This document shows positions 54,026-63,902 of a stretch of DNA of 64,000 nt, piece by piece. The stretch comes from Chloroflexota bacterium (lineage in GTDB: Bacteria > Chloroflexota > Dehalococcoidia > JACPPT01): NCBI GenBank assembly GCA_016190815.1, contig JACPPT010000006.1, positions 2,723 to 66,722 of the forward strand, written 5' to 3'. Position 1 is the stretch's first letter. Every line of letters begins with the position of its first letter. The notes below the pieces were generated by a model that saw nothing but the letters and a program-made list of their open reading frames with translations, had not been told where the DNA came from and made no database searches. A program made the position numbers and the translations under genes.

Positions 54026-54481
54026 CTATGTTTGGGGTTGCCCCTCTGTTTCGTCGGCCTGCCTCTCCTGCTCTTCCGCTCCACCTTCCTCGCCGATTTG
54101 CTGGCCCTCTGCTCCTGCTTCGACCACCTCCACCCCCCTTGCCCTTACCTTCTCCCTTATCCTTGCCGCCTTTCCTGAAAGGCCTCGCAGGTAATACAGC
54201 TTGGCACGTCTGACATCACCTCTACGCAGGACCTCCACCTTTTCCAGGCGAGGAGAGTAAAGCATAAAGGTTCGTTCCACGCCAACTCCATGAGAAATTC
54301 GCCTGACGGTGACGTTGGCACCTACTCCACCACGTCTGATCTTCAGGACAACGCCCTGAAAGACCTGAATTCGCTCCCTATCCCCCTCAATGACCTTAAG
54401 ACTTACCTTCACGGTGTCGCCAGGCCTTGCATCCGAAACGGTGGGCTTGCGTTCATAAGATACCACTGACTTTATGTCCAT
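54026..54481 (-). CDS. rplS: 50S ribosomal protein L19 with a roughly 40-aa acidic C-terminal extension
   Basis: Conserved RPGDTV..GVERTF..KLYYLR core. The start is at ATG 54481 with an RBS gagggag. The tail [32 protein letters not shown] follows the core. Confidence 0.85.
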   Translation of the reverse strand: MDIKSVVSYERKPTVSDARPGDTVKVSLKVIEGDRERIQVFQGVVLKIRRGGVGANVTVRRISHGVGVERTFMLYSPRLEKVEVLRRGDVRRAKLYYLRGLSGKAARIREKVRARGVEVVEAGAEGQQIGEEGGAEEQERQADETEGQPQT

Positions 54482-54570
54482 ATTAGGATTCTCCCTCGTT
54501 TTAGCCACAGTTAAATGCTATGCACAATTGGGCATAATACCATTGGCTTATTCAGGCGTCAAGCATCCGT

Positions 54571-55335
54571 TCACTTGCTTGCATCCCTTCGCATTTCCTC
54601 CACCATTCTTTTCTCCTGAGGAGAGAAAAGGGCATTCTCCAGAAGGTCTGGACGCCTCTTCAACGTTCGAAGGATGGATTGCTCTCTCCTCCACCTGGCT
54701 ATCTGAGCATGATTTCCAGAGAGGAGAGGCTGGGGGACATCCCATCCCCTAAAGCTTTGAGGACGAGTATAGAGAGGGTGTTGCAGAAGACCGCTCATAT
54801 GAGAATCACCTAAAGCTGACTCCTCCGATCCCAAGACTCCAGGCACAAGTCTTACAACCGCGTCCACTATCACCATGGCCGCCAGCTCCCCACCGCTAAG
54901 CACATAGTCTCCTATGCTTATCTCATCTGTGGCCAAGTGCTCTCGAATCCTTTCATCCACACCCCCATAATGCCCACATATGAGGATCAGTTCCTTCTCC
55001 GCGGCCAGCGTCACGGCCGATTTTTGGCTAAAGAGGCGGCCCTGGGGCGTGAGAAGAATGATAGGCCCATCTTCAGTTGCGCCCTCCTCCGTGCCTGAAG
55101 CGATCTCCTTTCGAACTGCTTCTACCGCTGCAAACAACGGCTCAGGCTTCATCACCATCCCTGCGCCTCCACCGTATGGATAGTCGTCTACGGTGCGATG
55201 CCTGTCTGTAGCATAGTCCCTTATGTTTCTAATGACGATCTCCACAATACCCTTGTCCTGAGCGCGTCCGAGCACGCTTTCACTAAAAGGCCCCTCAAAC
55301 ATTTTGGGGAAAAGGGTTAGAACGTAGATACGCAC
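54571..55335 (-). CDS. trmD: tRNA (guanine37-N1)-methyltransferase
   Basis: SPOUT fold, conserved [11 protein letters not shown] and GHYGG blocks. Confidence 0.9.
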   Translation of the reverse strand: MRIYVLTLFPKMFEGPFSESVLGRAQDKGIVEIVIRNIRDYATDRHRTVDDYPYGGGAGMVMKPEPLFAAVEAVRKEIASGTEEGATEDGPIILLTPQGRLFSQKSAVTLAAEKELILICGHYGGVDERIREHLATDEISIGDYVLSGGELAAMVIVDAVVRLVPGVLGSEESALGDSHMSGLLQHPLYTRPQSFRGWDVPQPLLSGNHAQIARWRREQSILRTLKRRPDLLENALFSPQEKRMVEEMRRDASK

Positions 55336-55337
55336 AG

Positions 55338-55850
55338 CTAGCTTTCACCCTTTGCCTTTTTCAACGGCGGGTGCTCGTCCGCTTCTCCCTTTAGAAGCCT
55401 GACAGCATGTGGCAACACAGGGAGAATCACCTCAAGGCACTCCCGCACCGCCCTGGGGCTCCCCGGGAGGTTCACAATGAGGCAGCGGCCTCGAACACCG
55501 GCCACTTGCCGGCTTACCATTGAAAAGGGCGTCTTCTTCAAGCCATCCGCTCTCATAGCCTCGGCCAGTCCCGGGACAAGTCTATCCACCACAGCCAAGG
55601 TCGCCTCAGGGGTCACATCCCTGGGACCCAGCCCGGTTCCTCCTGTGGTCAGTATGATATCCAAAGAACCTTCATCGGCCCACTGGGCAAGCTTCCTAGA
55701 AATAAGGTCTTTTTCATCAGGGAGAATCTCATACTTAATGGCCTGCCAGTCCAATTTTGAAATCATCTCTTTGACGACCCTGGCGCTTTCATCCAGCCGC
55801 AGCCCTCTGGCACCCATGTCGCTGAGGGTGAGAATGCCTATCTGGAACAT
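55338..55850 (-). CDS. mog: Molybdopterin adenylyltransferase MogA/MoaB-family protein
   Basis: GGTG motif [13 protein letters not shown]. The start is at [11 protein letters not shown]. Confidence 0.75.
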   Translation of the reverse strand: MFQIGILTLSDMGARGLRLDESARVVKEMISKLDWQAIKYEILPDEKDLISRKLAQWADEGSLDIILTTGGTGLGPRDVTPEATLAVVDRLVPGLAEAMRADGLKKTPFSMVSRQVAGVRGRCLIVNLPGSPRAVRECLEVILPVLPHAVRLLKGEADEHPPLKKAKGES

Positions 55851-55961
55851 CTTGCAAACCCCTTCACTACTACTATGCATATCATACCACACAGAGGGGC
55901 AGTTAGAGGCCAGTTTCGTGAAAAAAGTTCAAAATTAGTCCAAAAATCGTCTGAAAACCCA

Positions 55962-55990
55962 TTGACAAAATAACCCTTGGTGCTTAATAT
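55962..55990 (+). promoter_or_regulatory. Near-consensus sigma70 promoter of mraZ (-35 TTGACA 55962-55967, 17-nt spacer, -10 TAATAT 55985-55990)
   Basis: Exact hexamer spacing on the + strand, 55 nt before mraZ. Confidence 0.6.
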
Positions 55991-56025
55991 TGGGGCGTAT
56001 TGGTAAAAAGTGGGGACTTGTGGGG
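55991..56025 (+). promoter_or_regulatory. MraZ operator: four TGGNN repeats phased exactly 10 bp apart (TGGGG, TGGTA, TGGGG, TGGGG)
   Basis: Repeats start at 55991, 56001, 56011 and 56021. MraZ is known to bind direct TGGGN repeats with 5-nt spacers. Confidence 0.6.
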
Positions 56026-56044
56026 ACACGACCAAGGGAGAGAG

Positions 56045-56470
56045 ATGTTCCTCGGGGAACACGAATACAGACTCGACCAAAAGGGCAGGGTCACCATCCC
56101 CGCCAGATTTCGAGAAGCTCTTAAGGAAGGGTTTGTCCTCTGTCGAGGCCTTGAGAGGTGCATCAATGTATACCATCTCTCCGAGTGGAACAGACTGTCA
56201 GAACGGCAGTTGGATTTACCCGCTAACCGGGAGAAGACCAGACGAATCAACAGGTTCACCTTTTCCAGTGCATTCCCTGGAGAGATGGATAATCTGGGGA
56301 GGGTGGTCCTGCCAGGAGCGCTTAGAGAATACGCACAAATAAAGGACGAGGTGACCATCGCAGGGATAGGGAGACACATAGAGATATGGGACAAGGGATT
56401 TTGGTTAGCAGAAAAGAAGCGTATGGAGGAACAGGCCTGGCATATAGCCGAGGGCTTAGAGGAAAGGTGA
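56045..56470 (+). CDS. mraZ: Transcriptional regulator MraZ
   Basis: Duplicated MraZ fold (MFLGEHEYRLD..; GEMDNLGRVVLP). Confidence 0.85.
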   Translation: MFLGEHEYRLDQKGRVTIPARFREALKEGFVLCRGLERCINVYHLSEWNRLSERQLDLPANREKTRRINRFTFSSAFPGEMDNLGRVVLPGALREYAQIKDEVTIAGIGRHIEIWDKGFWLAEKKRMEEQAWHIAEGLEER

Positions 56471-57405
56471 TGATCCTTTCCGAACCCGACTTCCACCACA
56501 CACCTGTCCTCCTCAAAGAAGTCGTTGAAGCCCTGGGCATTCAGTCCGGCGGTCGCTATATAGATTGCACCGTTGGCGAGGGCGGCCACTCAGAGGCCAT
56601 ACTTCGAGCAAGCTCCCCTGGGGGCCAGCTCTTAGGCATCGACGCAGACCCCGACGCCATCAGGGCGGCCGAAAAGCGCCTTCAAGCCTACGAAGGCTCC
56701 TATCTCCTAGTTAACGATAACTTCTCCACGCTGGAGAGAATCGCTTCCGAATACAACTTCAAACCTGTTCATGGTGTGCTCTTCGACCTGGGGTTATCCT
56801 CATTGCAACTCGAGGCCAAGGGCAGAGGGTTCAGCTTCCGTCATGACGAACCACTGGATATGCGTTTCGGCCCGGGCCAGGGGATTACTGCGGAGCAGAT
56901 CGTGAATACTTACAGTCAGGACAAGTTGGCTTCCATATTCAGGGAATATGGCGAAGAGCGAAGAGGTCGACAAATAGCCCGCCGAATAGTGGAAAGCCGG
57001 CCCATCAGGACCTCGCTGGAGCTTGCTAAGGCGGTGGAAAAGGCAGTGGGTGGAGTGAGGGGAAGGATTCATCCAGCCACGAAGGTCTTCATGTCCTTGA
57101 GAATAGCAGTGAATCAGGAGCTGGCAAACCTGGAAGAAGTGTTGCCCCAGGCTTTAAGGCTTCTAGGATACGAGGGCAGGCTCGTTATTATCTCATACCA
57201 TTCTCTGGAAGACCGTATTATTAAGGCTTTCATTAAAAGGGAGTCTCAGGACTGCATTTGTCCTCCAAAGACCCCCGTCTGTATTTGTGGTCACAAGGCC
57301 ACCCTCAGGCCTATAACTAAAAAGGCGATCTTCCCCTCTGAGAGTGAACGCCTGGCGAACCCCAGAAGTCGAAGCGCCAGGATGAGGGTAGCTGAACATG
57401 TTTAA
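56470..57405 (+). CDS. rsmH: 16S rRNA (cytosine1402-N4)-methyltransferase
   Basis: The start ATG overlaps the mraZ stop (ATGA). Conserved HTPVLL, DCTVGEGGHS and SAM-binding blocks. Confidence 0.9.
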   Translation: MILSEPDFHHTPVLLKEVVEALGIQSGGRYIDCTVGEGGHSEAILRASSPGGQLLGIDADPDAIRAAEKRLQAYEGSYLLVNDNFSTLERIASEYNFKPVHGVLFDLGLSSLQLEAKGRGFSFRHDEPLDMRFGPGQGITAEQIVNTYSQDKLASIFREYGEERRGRQIARRIVESRPIRTSLELAKAVEKAVGGVRGRIHPATKVFMSLRIAVNQELANLEEVLPQALRLLGYEGRLVIISYHSLEDRIIKAFIKRESQDCICPPKTPVCICGHKATLRPITKKAIFPSESERLANPRSRSARMRVAEHV

Positions 57406-57518
57406 AGTTGAGGAGGTCGTCCAATACCAAGGGGAGGTGAGATAGAAAAAAGCTTTGTTCCAGAGTGTTATTAAACATTTCAAAGGCTAAAAACAAAATC
57501 TAGAGAAAGGAGACAACC

Positions 57519-58655
57519 GTGGCAGATAGTACTCAGACAAATTCAGGGAAGCAGTTCGGCGTTTGCAATATCAAGATCATCGGCTGCGGCGGCGGCGGCA
57601 GCAATACAGTAAGGAGAATGCTGAAAGAGACCGTCCCCCACGTTGAGATGGTAGCCGTAAACACAGATGCCCAGGCCCTCCTCATGGTCGAGGGTGCGAA
57701 GCTGGTCCGCATCGGAGACAAGCTCACCCGAGGGCTGGGAGCAGGCGGCGACCCCAATTTGGGCAAGCTTGCTGCCGAGGAAAGCCGGGCAGAGCTGGCG
57801 GAGACGGTCAGTGGGGCTGACATGGTATTCGTAACAGCCGGCATGGGCGGCGGCACAGGAACAGGGGCAGCCCCCGTAGTCGCTGAGCTGGCCAAAGAGG
57901 CGGGCGCTCTCACCATATCTGTGGTGACCAAGCCCTTCTCCTTCGAGGGTGCCAGGCGGATGAAAGCGGCCGAGGAGGGGATAACACGCCTTAAGGAGAA
58001 ATGCGACACCATCATAGCTGTTCCCAACGACCGTCTTCTGGGCATCTGCGACAAGAAAGTAACAATGGAAGAGGCCTTCAAGCTGGCTGACGAGATTGTC
58101 TTTCAGGGCATTAGCTCCATCTCTCACATTGTCAATATGCCCGGGCAGGTCAACGTAGACTTTGCCGATATCAAATCAATAATGAACAACGCCGGCCCAG
58201 CGCTGATGGCTATCGGCAAGGGGAAAGGCGAAAACAGGGCCATAGATGCCGCCAAGGCCGCCCTGAACTGCCCTCTTTTGGATGTTTCCGTAGAGGGAGC
58301 CAGGGGAATCATCTTCAATATGATTGGAGGAAACGACCTGACACTCTCTGAGGTGAACCAGGCGGCAGAGCTCATCACCAAGGCCGCTGACCCGGATGCA
58401 ATGGTATTCTTTGGAATGGTCAACGACCCTACCCTGGACAAAGAGAGCGAGGTCAAGATAGTCCTCGTGGCAGCTGGTGTTTCCATGGGCTATGATAGCT
58501 CCAAGGCAGTTTCCAACTATAGAAGCACCGATGCCCGAATCTATCAGCTCCTCCCTGACGCCTCAGCACCAGCCGAAAGAGCCCTGCCTCCATTTCTCCA
58601 GAGCTCTCGACCCCCAGTCCGCAAGGACTCCTGGTCGAAGAAATTGGTCATGTAG
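57519..58655 (+). CDS. ftsZ: Cell division GTPase FtsZ
   Basis: GGGTGTG tubulin signature, T7 loop, conserved C-terminal peptide LPPFLQ. Confidence 0.95.
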   Translation: MADSTQTNSGKQFGVCNIKIIGCGGGGSNTVRRMLKETVPHVEMVAVNTDAQALLMVEGAKLVRIGDKLTRGLGAGGDPNLGKLAAEESRAELAETVSGADMVFVTAGMGGGTGTGAAPVVAELAKEAGALTISVVTKPFSFEGARRMKAAEEGITRLKEKCDTIIAVPNDRLLGICDKKVTMEEAFKLADEIVFQGISSISHIVNMPGQVNVDFADIKSIMNNAGPALMAIGKGKGENRAIDAAKAALNCPLLDVSVEGARGIIFNMIGGNDLTLSEVNQAAELITKAADPDAMVFFGMVNDPTLDKESEVKIVLVAAGVSMGYDSSKAVSNYRSTDARIYQLLPDASAPAERALPPFLQSSRPPVRKDSWSKKLVM

Positions 58656-58826
58656 CTTCAATCACCTCCCTCATATGCCCCCTGGATAGTGGGGGGACGA
58701 GAAGAGGCCTCCAATTTCTTGGAGGCCTCCCTTTGTCCTGCCGTTCCACCGCCACACACGAATAAAAGACCCTGGCGCATTCTTGCGCAAAAATCCCCGA
58801 AAGTCCCTCCAAAACTATTGAAAAAC

Positions 58827-58871
58827 CCAACAAGTTGTGGTAGCATTATAATCATCCACAAGATGTTGTGT
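58827..58871 (+). promoter_or_regulatory. Two candidate NrdR boxes about 30 bp apart (ccaacaagttgtgg and ccacaagatgttgtgt), with a TATAAT at 58847-58852 between them
   Basis: The second site matches acaCwAtATaTwGtgt at 14 of 16 positions. Both are imperfect palindromes immediately upstream of nrdR-nrdJ. Confidence 0.5.
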
Positions 58872-58893
58872 TGTGGTTTTTGGTGAAACAACT

Positions 58894-59469
58894 ATGAAAT
58901 GCCCGTATTGCGGTTACATAGATTCCAAAGTCATCGACTCCCGGGACGCCGGCGACGTAATACGCCGCAGGAGAGAGTGCCTCCGCTGCGCCCTGCGATT
59001 CACCACCCATGAGAAGGTGCAGACAACTACCCTCCTGGTTATCAAGCGAGACGGAAGGCGGGAGGAGTTCGACAGGGAGAAACTAAGCAGTGGCATTAGA
59101 AAGGCTTGCGCCAAGCGACCCCTGCCCATGGGAACGATAGAAAAGGTAGTCGATGACATTGAGGCCCAACTCCTGAAACTGGGCAAGGCAGAGGTGTCCA
59201 GCTCCCTCATTGGGGAAATGGTGATGGAAAAGCTCAGAACTCTGGACCGGGTCGCCTATGTGCGATTTGCCAGCGTCTATCGCGAGTTTGCAGATATAAA
59301 AACTTTCAAACGGGAAATAGATGCTCTTCTTGAGGCCAGGGAGCCGGCTCGGCCTAAGACTGCCCAACTGCCCTTGATAGTGGGAGGTGAAGTTGCGCCG
59401 AAGCCGCCAAAAGCCGGAAAACGCAGGGGTTCTTCTGCACGTCCCATTCATTCAAGGAGTGCGACTTAA
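58894..59469 (+). CDS. nrdR: Transcriptional repressor NrdR with a roughly 40-aa basic Pro/Lys-rich C-terminal tail
   Basis: MKCPYCG zinc ribbon and ATP-cone. The start is at the conserved MKCP, not the upstream GTG. Confidence 0.9.
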   Translation: MKCPYCGYIDSKVIDSRDAGDVIRRRRECLRCALRFTTHEKVQTTTLLVIKRDGRREEFDREKLSSGIRKACAKRPLPMGTIEKVVDDIEAQLLKLGKAEVSSSLIGEMVMEKLRTLDRVAYVRFASVYREFADIKTFKREIDALLEAREPARPKTAQLPLIVGGEVAPKPPKAGKRRGSSARPIHSRSAT

Positions 59470-59494
59470 ACCTGACATAGAAGGGAGAATAATT

Positions 59495-61840
59495 ATGCCC
59501 AACGCTCGTAAAAAAGCGAGGGGTGAAGGCTTCAGCAGTCTGCCATCCGCAGCGAGGGGTGCACCCTCTGCGGAATCCCCTGCTGGACTCCAGCTATCCC
59601 CCAGCGCCCTCACCGTCCTCCAAAAGAGATACCTTGCCAAAAACAGCGAAGGTAGAGTCATGGAGACGCCAGAGGAGATGTTCCAGCGAGTGGCCCAAAA
59701 CCTCTCCCTAGCTGAACGCAAATATAGCCGCCATGCCGATATAAAGGCTGTGGAGCAGGAGTTCTACAAGGCTATGGCCAGCCTGGAGTTTCTGCCTAAC
59801 TCTCCCACTATTATGAACGCCGGGCGGGAGCTTCAGCAACTTTCTGCCTGCTTCGTCCTACCTATAGAGGACTCCATAGAAGCTATCTTCGATGCCGTTA
59901 AACATACAGCCCTCATCCACAAGAGCGGCGGTGGCACGGGCTTTTCATTCTCAAGGCTCCGCCCGGCAGGGGATGTCGTAGGCTCGACTGGCGGAGTGGC
60001 CAGCGGTCCCGTTTCCTTCGCCAAAATCTTCGACGCCACAACAGAGCAGATAAAGCAAGGGGGCACACGTCGTGGGGCCAATATGGGCATTCTCAGCGTG
60101 AACCACCCTGACATCCTGGACTTCATACGTTCCAAACAGAACGGAGCAAGCCTTCAGAACTTCAACATCTCCGTGGCAGCAAACGAGGAGTTTATGAGGG
60201 CTGTGGAGAAAGGAGAGGACTACGACATCATCAACCCCCGTACCCGAAAGCCTGAAAGAAAGCTCAACGCAAGAAAGGTCTTTAACCTGATAGCGGAATT
60301 GGCTTGGCAGACAGGCGACCCAGGTCTGGTATTCCTTGACCGCATCAACAGGGACAACCCCACACCCGCGCTTGGAGAGATAGAAAGCACCAACCCGTGC
60401 GGGGAACAGCCCCTTCTGCCATTCGAATCCTGCAACCTCGGCTCCGTAAATCTGGCAAAGATGCTGCGCCAGGAAGGAAACACCTATGCTATTGACTGGG
60501 ATAAGCTGGCGAAAACAGTAAGGACCGCCGTTAGACTTCTGGACAACGTCATAGAAATGAATAAATACCCTGTACACCAGATCGAAGAGATGACCAAAAA
60601 GACCAGAAAGATAGGTCTGGGGGTAATGGGTTTCGCCGATATGCTCATTCTACTGGGGATCCCGTATGATTCTGAGGAGGCCTTGGCCATAGGGGAGCGC
60701 ATCATGGCCTTCATCAGCGAAAAATCCAACGAGGCATCCGCCATGCTTGCCCAGGAGAGAGGAGCCTTCCCAGCATGGGAGGATAGCATATACAATCGCC
60801 CGGGCGGAATGAAATACCGGAACGCCACACGCACAACCATAGCACCCACAGGCACGCTAAGCATCATCGCCGACTGCTCCAGCGGGATAGAGCCTCTTTT
60901 CGCCCTCAGCTATGTAAGGAATGTCCTTGACAACAACCGTCTCATTGAGGTGAACCCATACTTTGAGGAAGTCGCCAGGCGAGAGGGTTTCTACAGCAAG
61001 GAGCTGATGGAGGCACTTGCAGAGAAAGGAAGCGTTAGAGACATAGCGGGGGTGCCTGAGTGGATCAAGCGCATCTTCGTCTCCGCACACGACATCAGCC
61101 CCGAGTGGCATATTCGGATGCAGGCAGCGTTCCAGCGTCACACCGACAACGCTGTCTCCAAGACCGTGAACTTCCCCCATCGCGCTACAGTTGAAGATGT
61201 AGCCAAGGTCTACATGCTGGCCTATAAAGAGGGCTGCAAAGGCATAACCATCTTCCGAGACGGCAGCAAAGACAAGCAGGTCCTCAGCACGGGCCTGACC
61301 GAGAAGCTCAAAGAAACAGATGCCCGGACGGGCACATCTCTCGTCCCCAGAGAACGCCCCCAGCTCATTCAGGGCGTAACAGAGCGTATACGCACAGGAC
61401 ACGGCAATATGTACATAACCATAAACTTCGACGAGTCGGGGCGGCCCTTCGAGGTATTCTCGACCCTGGGAAAGGCCGGCGGGTGCGACTCGGCACAGCT
61501 AGAGGCCATTTCGCGCCTTATCTCCCTCGCCCTTCGCTCTGGCATACCTACCGAGCAAATAATAGAGCAGCTACGAGGCATCACGTGCTGTCCCTCCTGG
61601 GACAGAGGCGTGCAGGTCAAATCCGCCCCGGATGCAGTAGCAATAGCGCTGAGCCACGCTCTTCAGCAGTGGAAAGAGCTGCCCAGACTGGAGAAGGCCT
61701 TTGCGGCACAACTCGGGCTCCTGGTAGAGGATAATGGCAACGGCAAAAGACCGTTGCCATGTCCTGAGTGCTCAGGCCAGTTGATATACCAGGAGGGGTG
61801 TTTCGTGTGCAGGGCCTGCGGCTACAACAAATGTGGATGA
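59495..61840 (+). CDS. nrdJ: Adenosylcobalamin-dependent (class II) ribonucleotide reductase
   Basis: Class II RNR homology along the whole length, with a C-terminal Cys pair. It has a 37-aa low-complexity N-terminal extension and an RBS aagggag. Confidence 0.9.
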   Translation: MPNARKKARGEGFSSLPSAARGAPSAESPAGLQLSPSALTVLQKRYLAKNSEGRVMETPEEMFQRVAQNLSLAERKYSRHADIKAVEQEFYKAMASLEFLPNSPTIMNAGRELQQLSACFVLPIEDSIEAIFDAVKHTALIHKSGGGTGFSFSRLRPAGDVVGSTGGVASGPVSFAKIFDATTEQIKQGGTRRGANMGILSVNHPDILDFIRSKQNGASLQNFNISVAANEEFMRAVEKGEDYDIINPRTRKPERKLNARKVFNLIAELAWQTGDPGLVFLDRINRDNPTPALGEIESTNPCGEQPLLPFESCNLGSVNLAKMLRQEGNTYAIDWDKLAKTVRTAVRLLDNVIEMNKYPVHQIEEMTKKTRKIGLGVMGFADMLILLGIPYDSEEALAIGERIMAFISEKSNEASAMLAQERGAFPAWEDSIYNRPGGMKYRNATRTTIAPTGTLSIIADCSSGIEPLFALSYVRNVLDNNRLIEVNPYFEEVARREGFYSKELMEALAEKGSVRDIAGVPEWIKRIFVSAHDISPEWHIRMQAAFQRHTDNAVSKTVNFPHRATVEDVAKVYMLAYKEGCKGITIFRDGSKDKQVLSTGLTEKLKETDARTGTSLVPRERPQLIQGVTERIRTGHGNMYITINFDESGRPFEVFSTLGKAGGCDSAQLEAISRLISLALRSGIPTEQIIEQLRGITCCPSWDRGVQVKSAPDAVAIALSHALQQWKELPRLEKAFAAQLGLLVEDNGNGKRPLPCPECSGQLIYQEGCFVCRACGYNKCG

Positions 61841-61879
61841 TTTTCAAGCTCGAGGCAAAGTGAAAGGAGGTGATAGTTG

Positions 61880-61924
61880 ATGGCCAAAAAAAAGCCAGCG
61901 AAGCCGGCCCCCAAGAAGAAATAG
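61880..61924 (+). other. Tiny ORF MAKKKPAKPAPKKK (14 aa) preceded by a near-perfect Shine-Dalgarno aaaggaggtga; coding status unknown
   Basis: The ATG lies 8 nt after GGAGGTGA and 40 nt downstream of the nrdJ stop. It sits ahead of the terminator at 62028. Confidence 0.3.
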
Positions 61925-62027
61925 CTTGGTATAGCCGCAGAACGGCCAGCGTTGTCTTGACCTTTCTGCAAGGTTCATATCGGTGGAAACCATTTACGCA
62001 GCGCATCAGTTTGTAGTGCGCCCCAGA

Positions 62028-62066
62028 AGGCACCTAAACCTCAAAAGTCTAGGTGCCTTTTTTATG
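62028..62066 (+). terminator. Rho-independent terminator (9-bp perfect stem aggcaccta/taggtgcct followed by TTTTTTAT)
   Basis: Hairpin plus U-tract on the + strand after nrdJ and the tiny ORF. Confidence 0.7.
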
Positions 62067-62080
62067 GGAGGCATTTAAAG

Positions 62081-62116
62081 GGAATAAGAAACAGCCTCTC
62101 TTTCAGAAGGGAGGCC
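62081..62116 (-). terminator. Stem-loop (gcctctc/gggaggc) with a U-rich tail on the minus strand, downstream of the collagen-like gene
   Basis: Together with 62028-62066 it forms a convergent bidirectional terminator pair. Confidence 0.45.
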
Positions 62117-62144
62117 GTTTCTTAAGTAAACCCTCTTAAACTAC

Positions 62145-62756
62145 TTACTTCTTGATTGGAGTTGGTGTCGGAGTTGGAGTTGCGGGAGCTGCCACATGTA
62201 TTGGAGCGCTGGCAATAGAGCCAAGATTGCCAATCGCCCTCACAGTATAAAGCCCTTCCTTGACAGCCGCTGGCAACGCCAGGCTGTGCGTCGCGAAGGC
62301 ACCCGATTCGTTGGACTTGAACTCCTTCCACGTTCGGGTGAGGCCTGAAATGCCAGCGACAATCTCCACCACAATGGTCTCATTTGGTGCAAAGCCAGAT
62401 CCATGAATGGACACCGAGCTACCTACAGGTACATGTGGAAATCTTTCCAGATCGCTTGTCATTATGACTATAGTGGCCTCTACCTGGGGAGCTGGCTTGC
62501 CTTCAGGCCCCGCTGCCCCTGCCGGTCCTGTTGCCCCCGCTGGCCCTTGCAGTCCTTGCAAACCTCGCTCACCTGGCGCCCCTTGTGGCCCTGTTGCTCC
62601 TGCTGGTCCCCGTTCACCCTGTGGCCCCGCAGTCCCCCGTTCGCCTTGTGGCCCTGTTTGCCCCGCCGGCCCTGTGCAAGCAGAAGCAAAAACTAGTGCA
62701 AGGAGAGCAACCAGAATGGTTATCCACATCCATTTAGACCGTAACAGTTTATGCAA
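62145..62756 (-). CDS. Collagen-like triple-helix-repeat lipoprotein (signal peptide with lipobox, about 19 G-X-Y triplets, globular domain, Pro/Thr-rich tail)
   Basis: Lipobox LVFASAC. Triplet region [59 protein letters not shown]-terminal [13 protein letters not shown] start with RBS aaggagg. Confidence 0.7.
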   Translation of the reverse strand: MHKLLRSKWMWITILVALLALVFASACTGPAGQTGPQGERGTAGPQGERGPAGATGPQGAPGERGLQGLQGPAGATGPAGAAGPEGKPAPQVEATIVIMTSDLERFPHVPVGSSVSIHGSGFAPNETIVVEIVAGISGLTRTWKEFKSNESGAFATHSLALPAAVKEGLYTVRAIGNLGSIASAPIHVAAPATPTPTPTPIKK

Positions 62757-62854
62757 CTTGACCTCCTTCTGATAAGTGCCTTATCTCTTTTTACGCTAAA
62801 TGGCGAGTCTGTATATCCCCCAGCTCGCAAACCGATAGATTGTTATCGGGCACA

Positions 62855-62884
62855 ATAATATGCCACCTTACCTAGTCTTGTCAA
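62855..62884 (-). promoter_or_regulatory. Putative sigma70 promoter of the collagen-like gene (-35 TTGACA, 18-nt spacer, -10 TATTAT on the minus strand)
   Basis: Read on the reverse complement. It lies about 90 nt upstream of the start codon. Confidence 0.45.
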
Positions 62885-62942
62885 GCCCTTTAGAGCTATA
62901 TATTTTAGGAGTTTCCCTTAACTTAAGCTACCTGGCATCAGC

Positions 62943-63902
62943 TTAGCAAGAATTTTTGATCACCTCATCCTCATACGAGAAATCCCAATCCATTAGGTCA
63001 AGGCCGTTCTCCAAGTACCATTCGAAAGTATGCTTGTGGCCTGAGACGAAATCATAACGAGGAACAACACCCAACTGGCTTTTAGCCTTTTCAATGCTGT
63101 AAACAGCGCTCCTCTGCCAGGCATATGGAAATATCGGCCTCTTCAGAGAGTCCACAACCCTTGGTTCCAGAAAGAGTATATCTGGCTTAACGCCCACTAT
63201 TTTTGCGATGGCTGATATGTATCCCCTTATAGTGATGGCCTCGGGGCCTGTAACGGTGTAGGCCTGTCCCACCACCTGTCTGTTTCCTAAAATAGACGCA
63301 AAATAGCACGCCAGATCATCCACATGCCCAAAATGAAGAAGGGTTAAGCCTTCTCCGGGCACGAGAATCTTCCTTTGTCTCAGAAAACGAGCGAAATAGC
63401 TGAACTCCCTGTCCAGATGATAGTTATGTGGGCCATAGACCATGGACGGCCTGATAATGGAAACGGGAAAGCCCCTTTCCTTGAAAGCACTAAAGAGAAG
63501 CTCCTCACACCTTAATTTACCTGTAGCGTAGGGCGATGCATCTGGCCCCAGGTTCAGAGGAAAGTCCTCACGAATTGGGGCGAAGTCGCTGGTGGCGTAG
63601 ACGAAGGTGGTGCTGCAAAACACGTAGTGCGCAACCATGCCCCCAAAAAGCTCCAGCATAACCCCCAGGTCTTCTTCCACGTAGGCGCTTATGTCAAATA
63701 CCGCATCGAACTCCTGCCCTTCGAGGGCCACCCTTACAGCCTGAGGGTCTTTGCGGTCGGCGTAAAACCGCTTCACCTCCGGAGGCAACCCGCCGCGAGT
63801 CTTCCCACGGTTTAGAATGGACACATCATGGCCCCGGCGCAAAAGCTCATAGACCAGATGCAACCCTACGAACCGCGTTCCACCTAAAACAAGAACCTTC
63901 AT
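62943..63902 (-). CDS. NAD-dependent epimerase/dehydratase (SDR family)
   Basis: GGTRFVG Rossmann motif, 319 aa. Confidence 0.8.
   Translation of the reverse strand: MKVLVLGGTRFVGLHLVYELLRRGHDVSILNRGKTRGGLPPEVKRFYADRKDPQAVRVALEGQEFDAVFDISAYVEEDLGVMLELFGGMVAHYVFCSTTFVYATSDFAPIREDFPLNLGPDASPYATGKLRCEELLFSAFKERGFPVSIIRPSMVYGPHNYHLDREFSYFARFLRQRKILVPGEGLTLLHFGHVDDLACYFASILGNRQVVGQAYTVTGPEAITIRGYISAIAKIVGVKPDILFLEPRVVDSLKRPIFPYAWQRSAVYSIEKAKSQLGVVPRYDFVSGHKHTFEWYLENGLDLMDWDFSYEDEVIKNSC

Noticed and set aside
56386-56469. ORF-track start of rsmH at 56386 and of mraZ at 56000
   Set aside because: Conserved N-termini (MILSEPDFHHTPVLL and MFLGEHEY) and RBS/overlap geometry support 56470 and 56045. 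The upstream extensions overlap the neighbouring gene or the operator.
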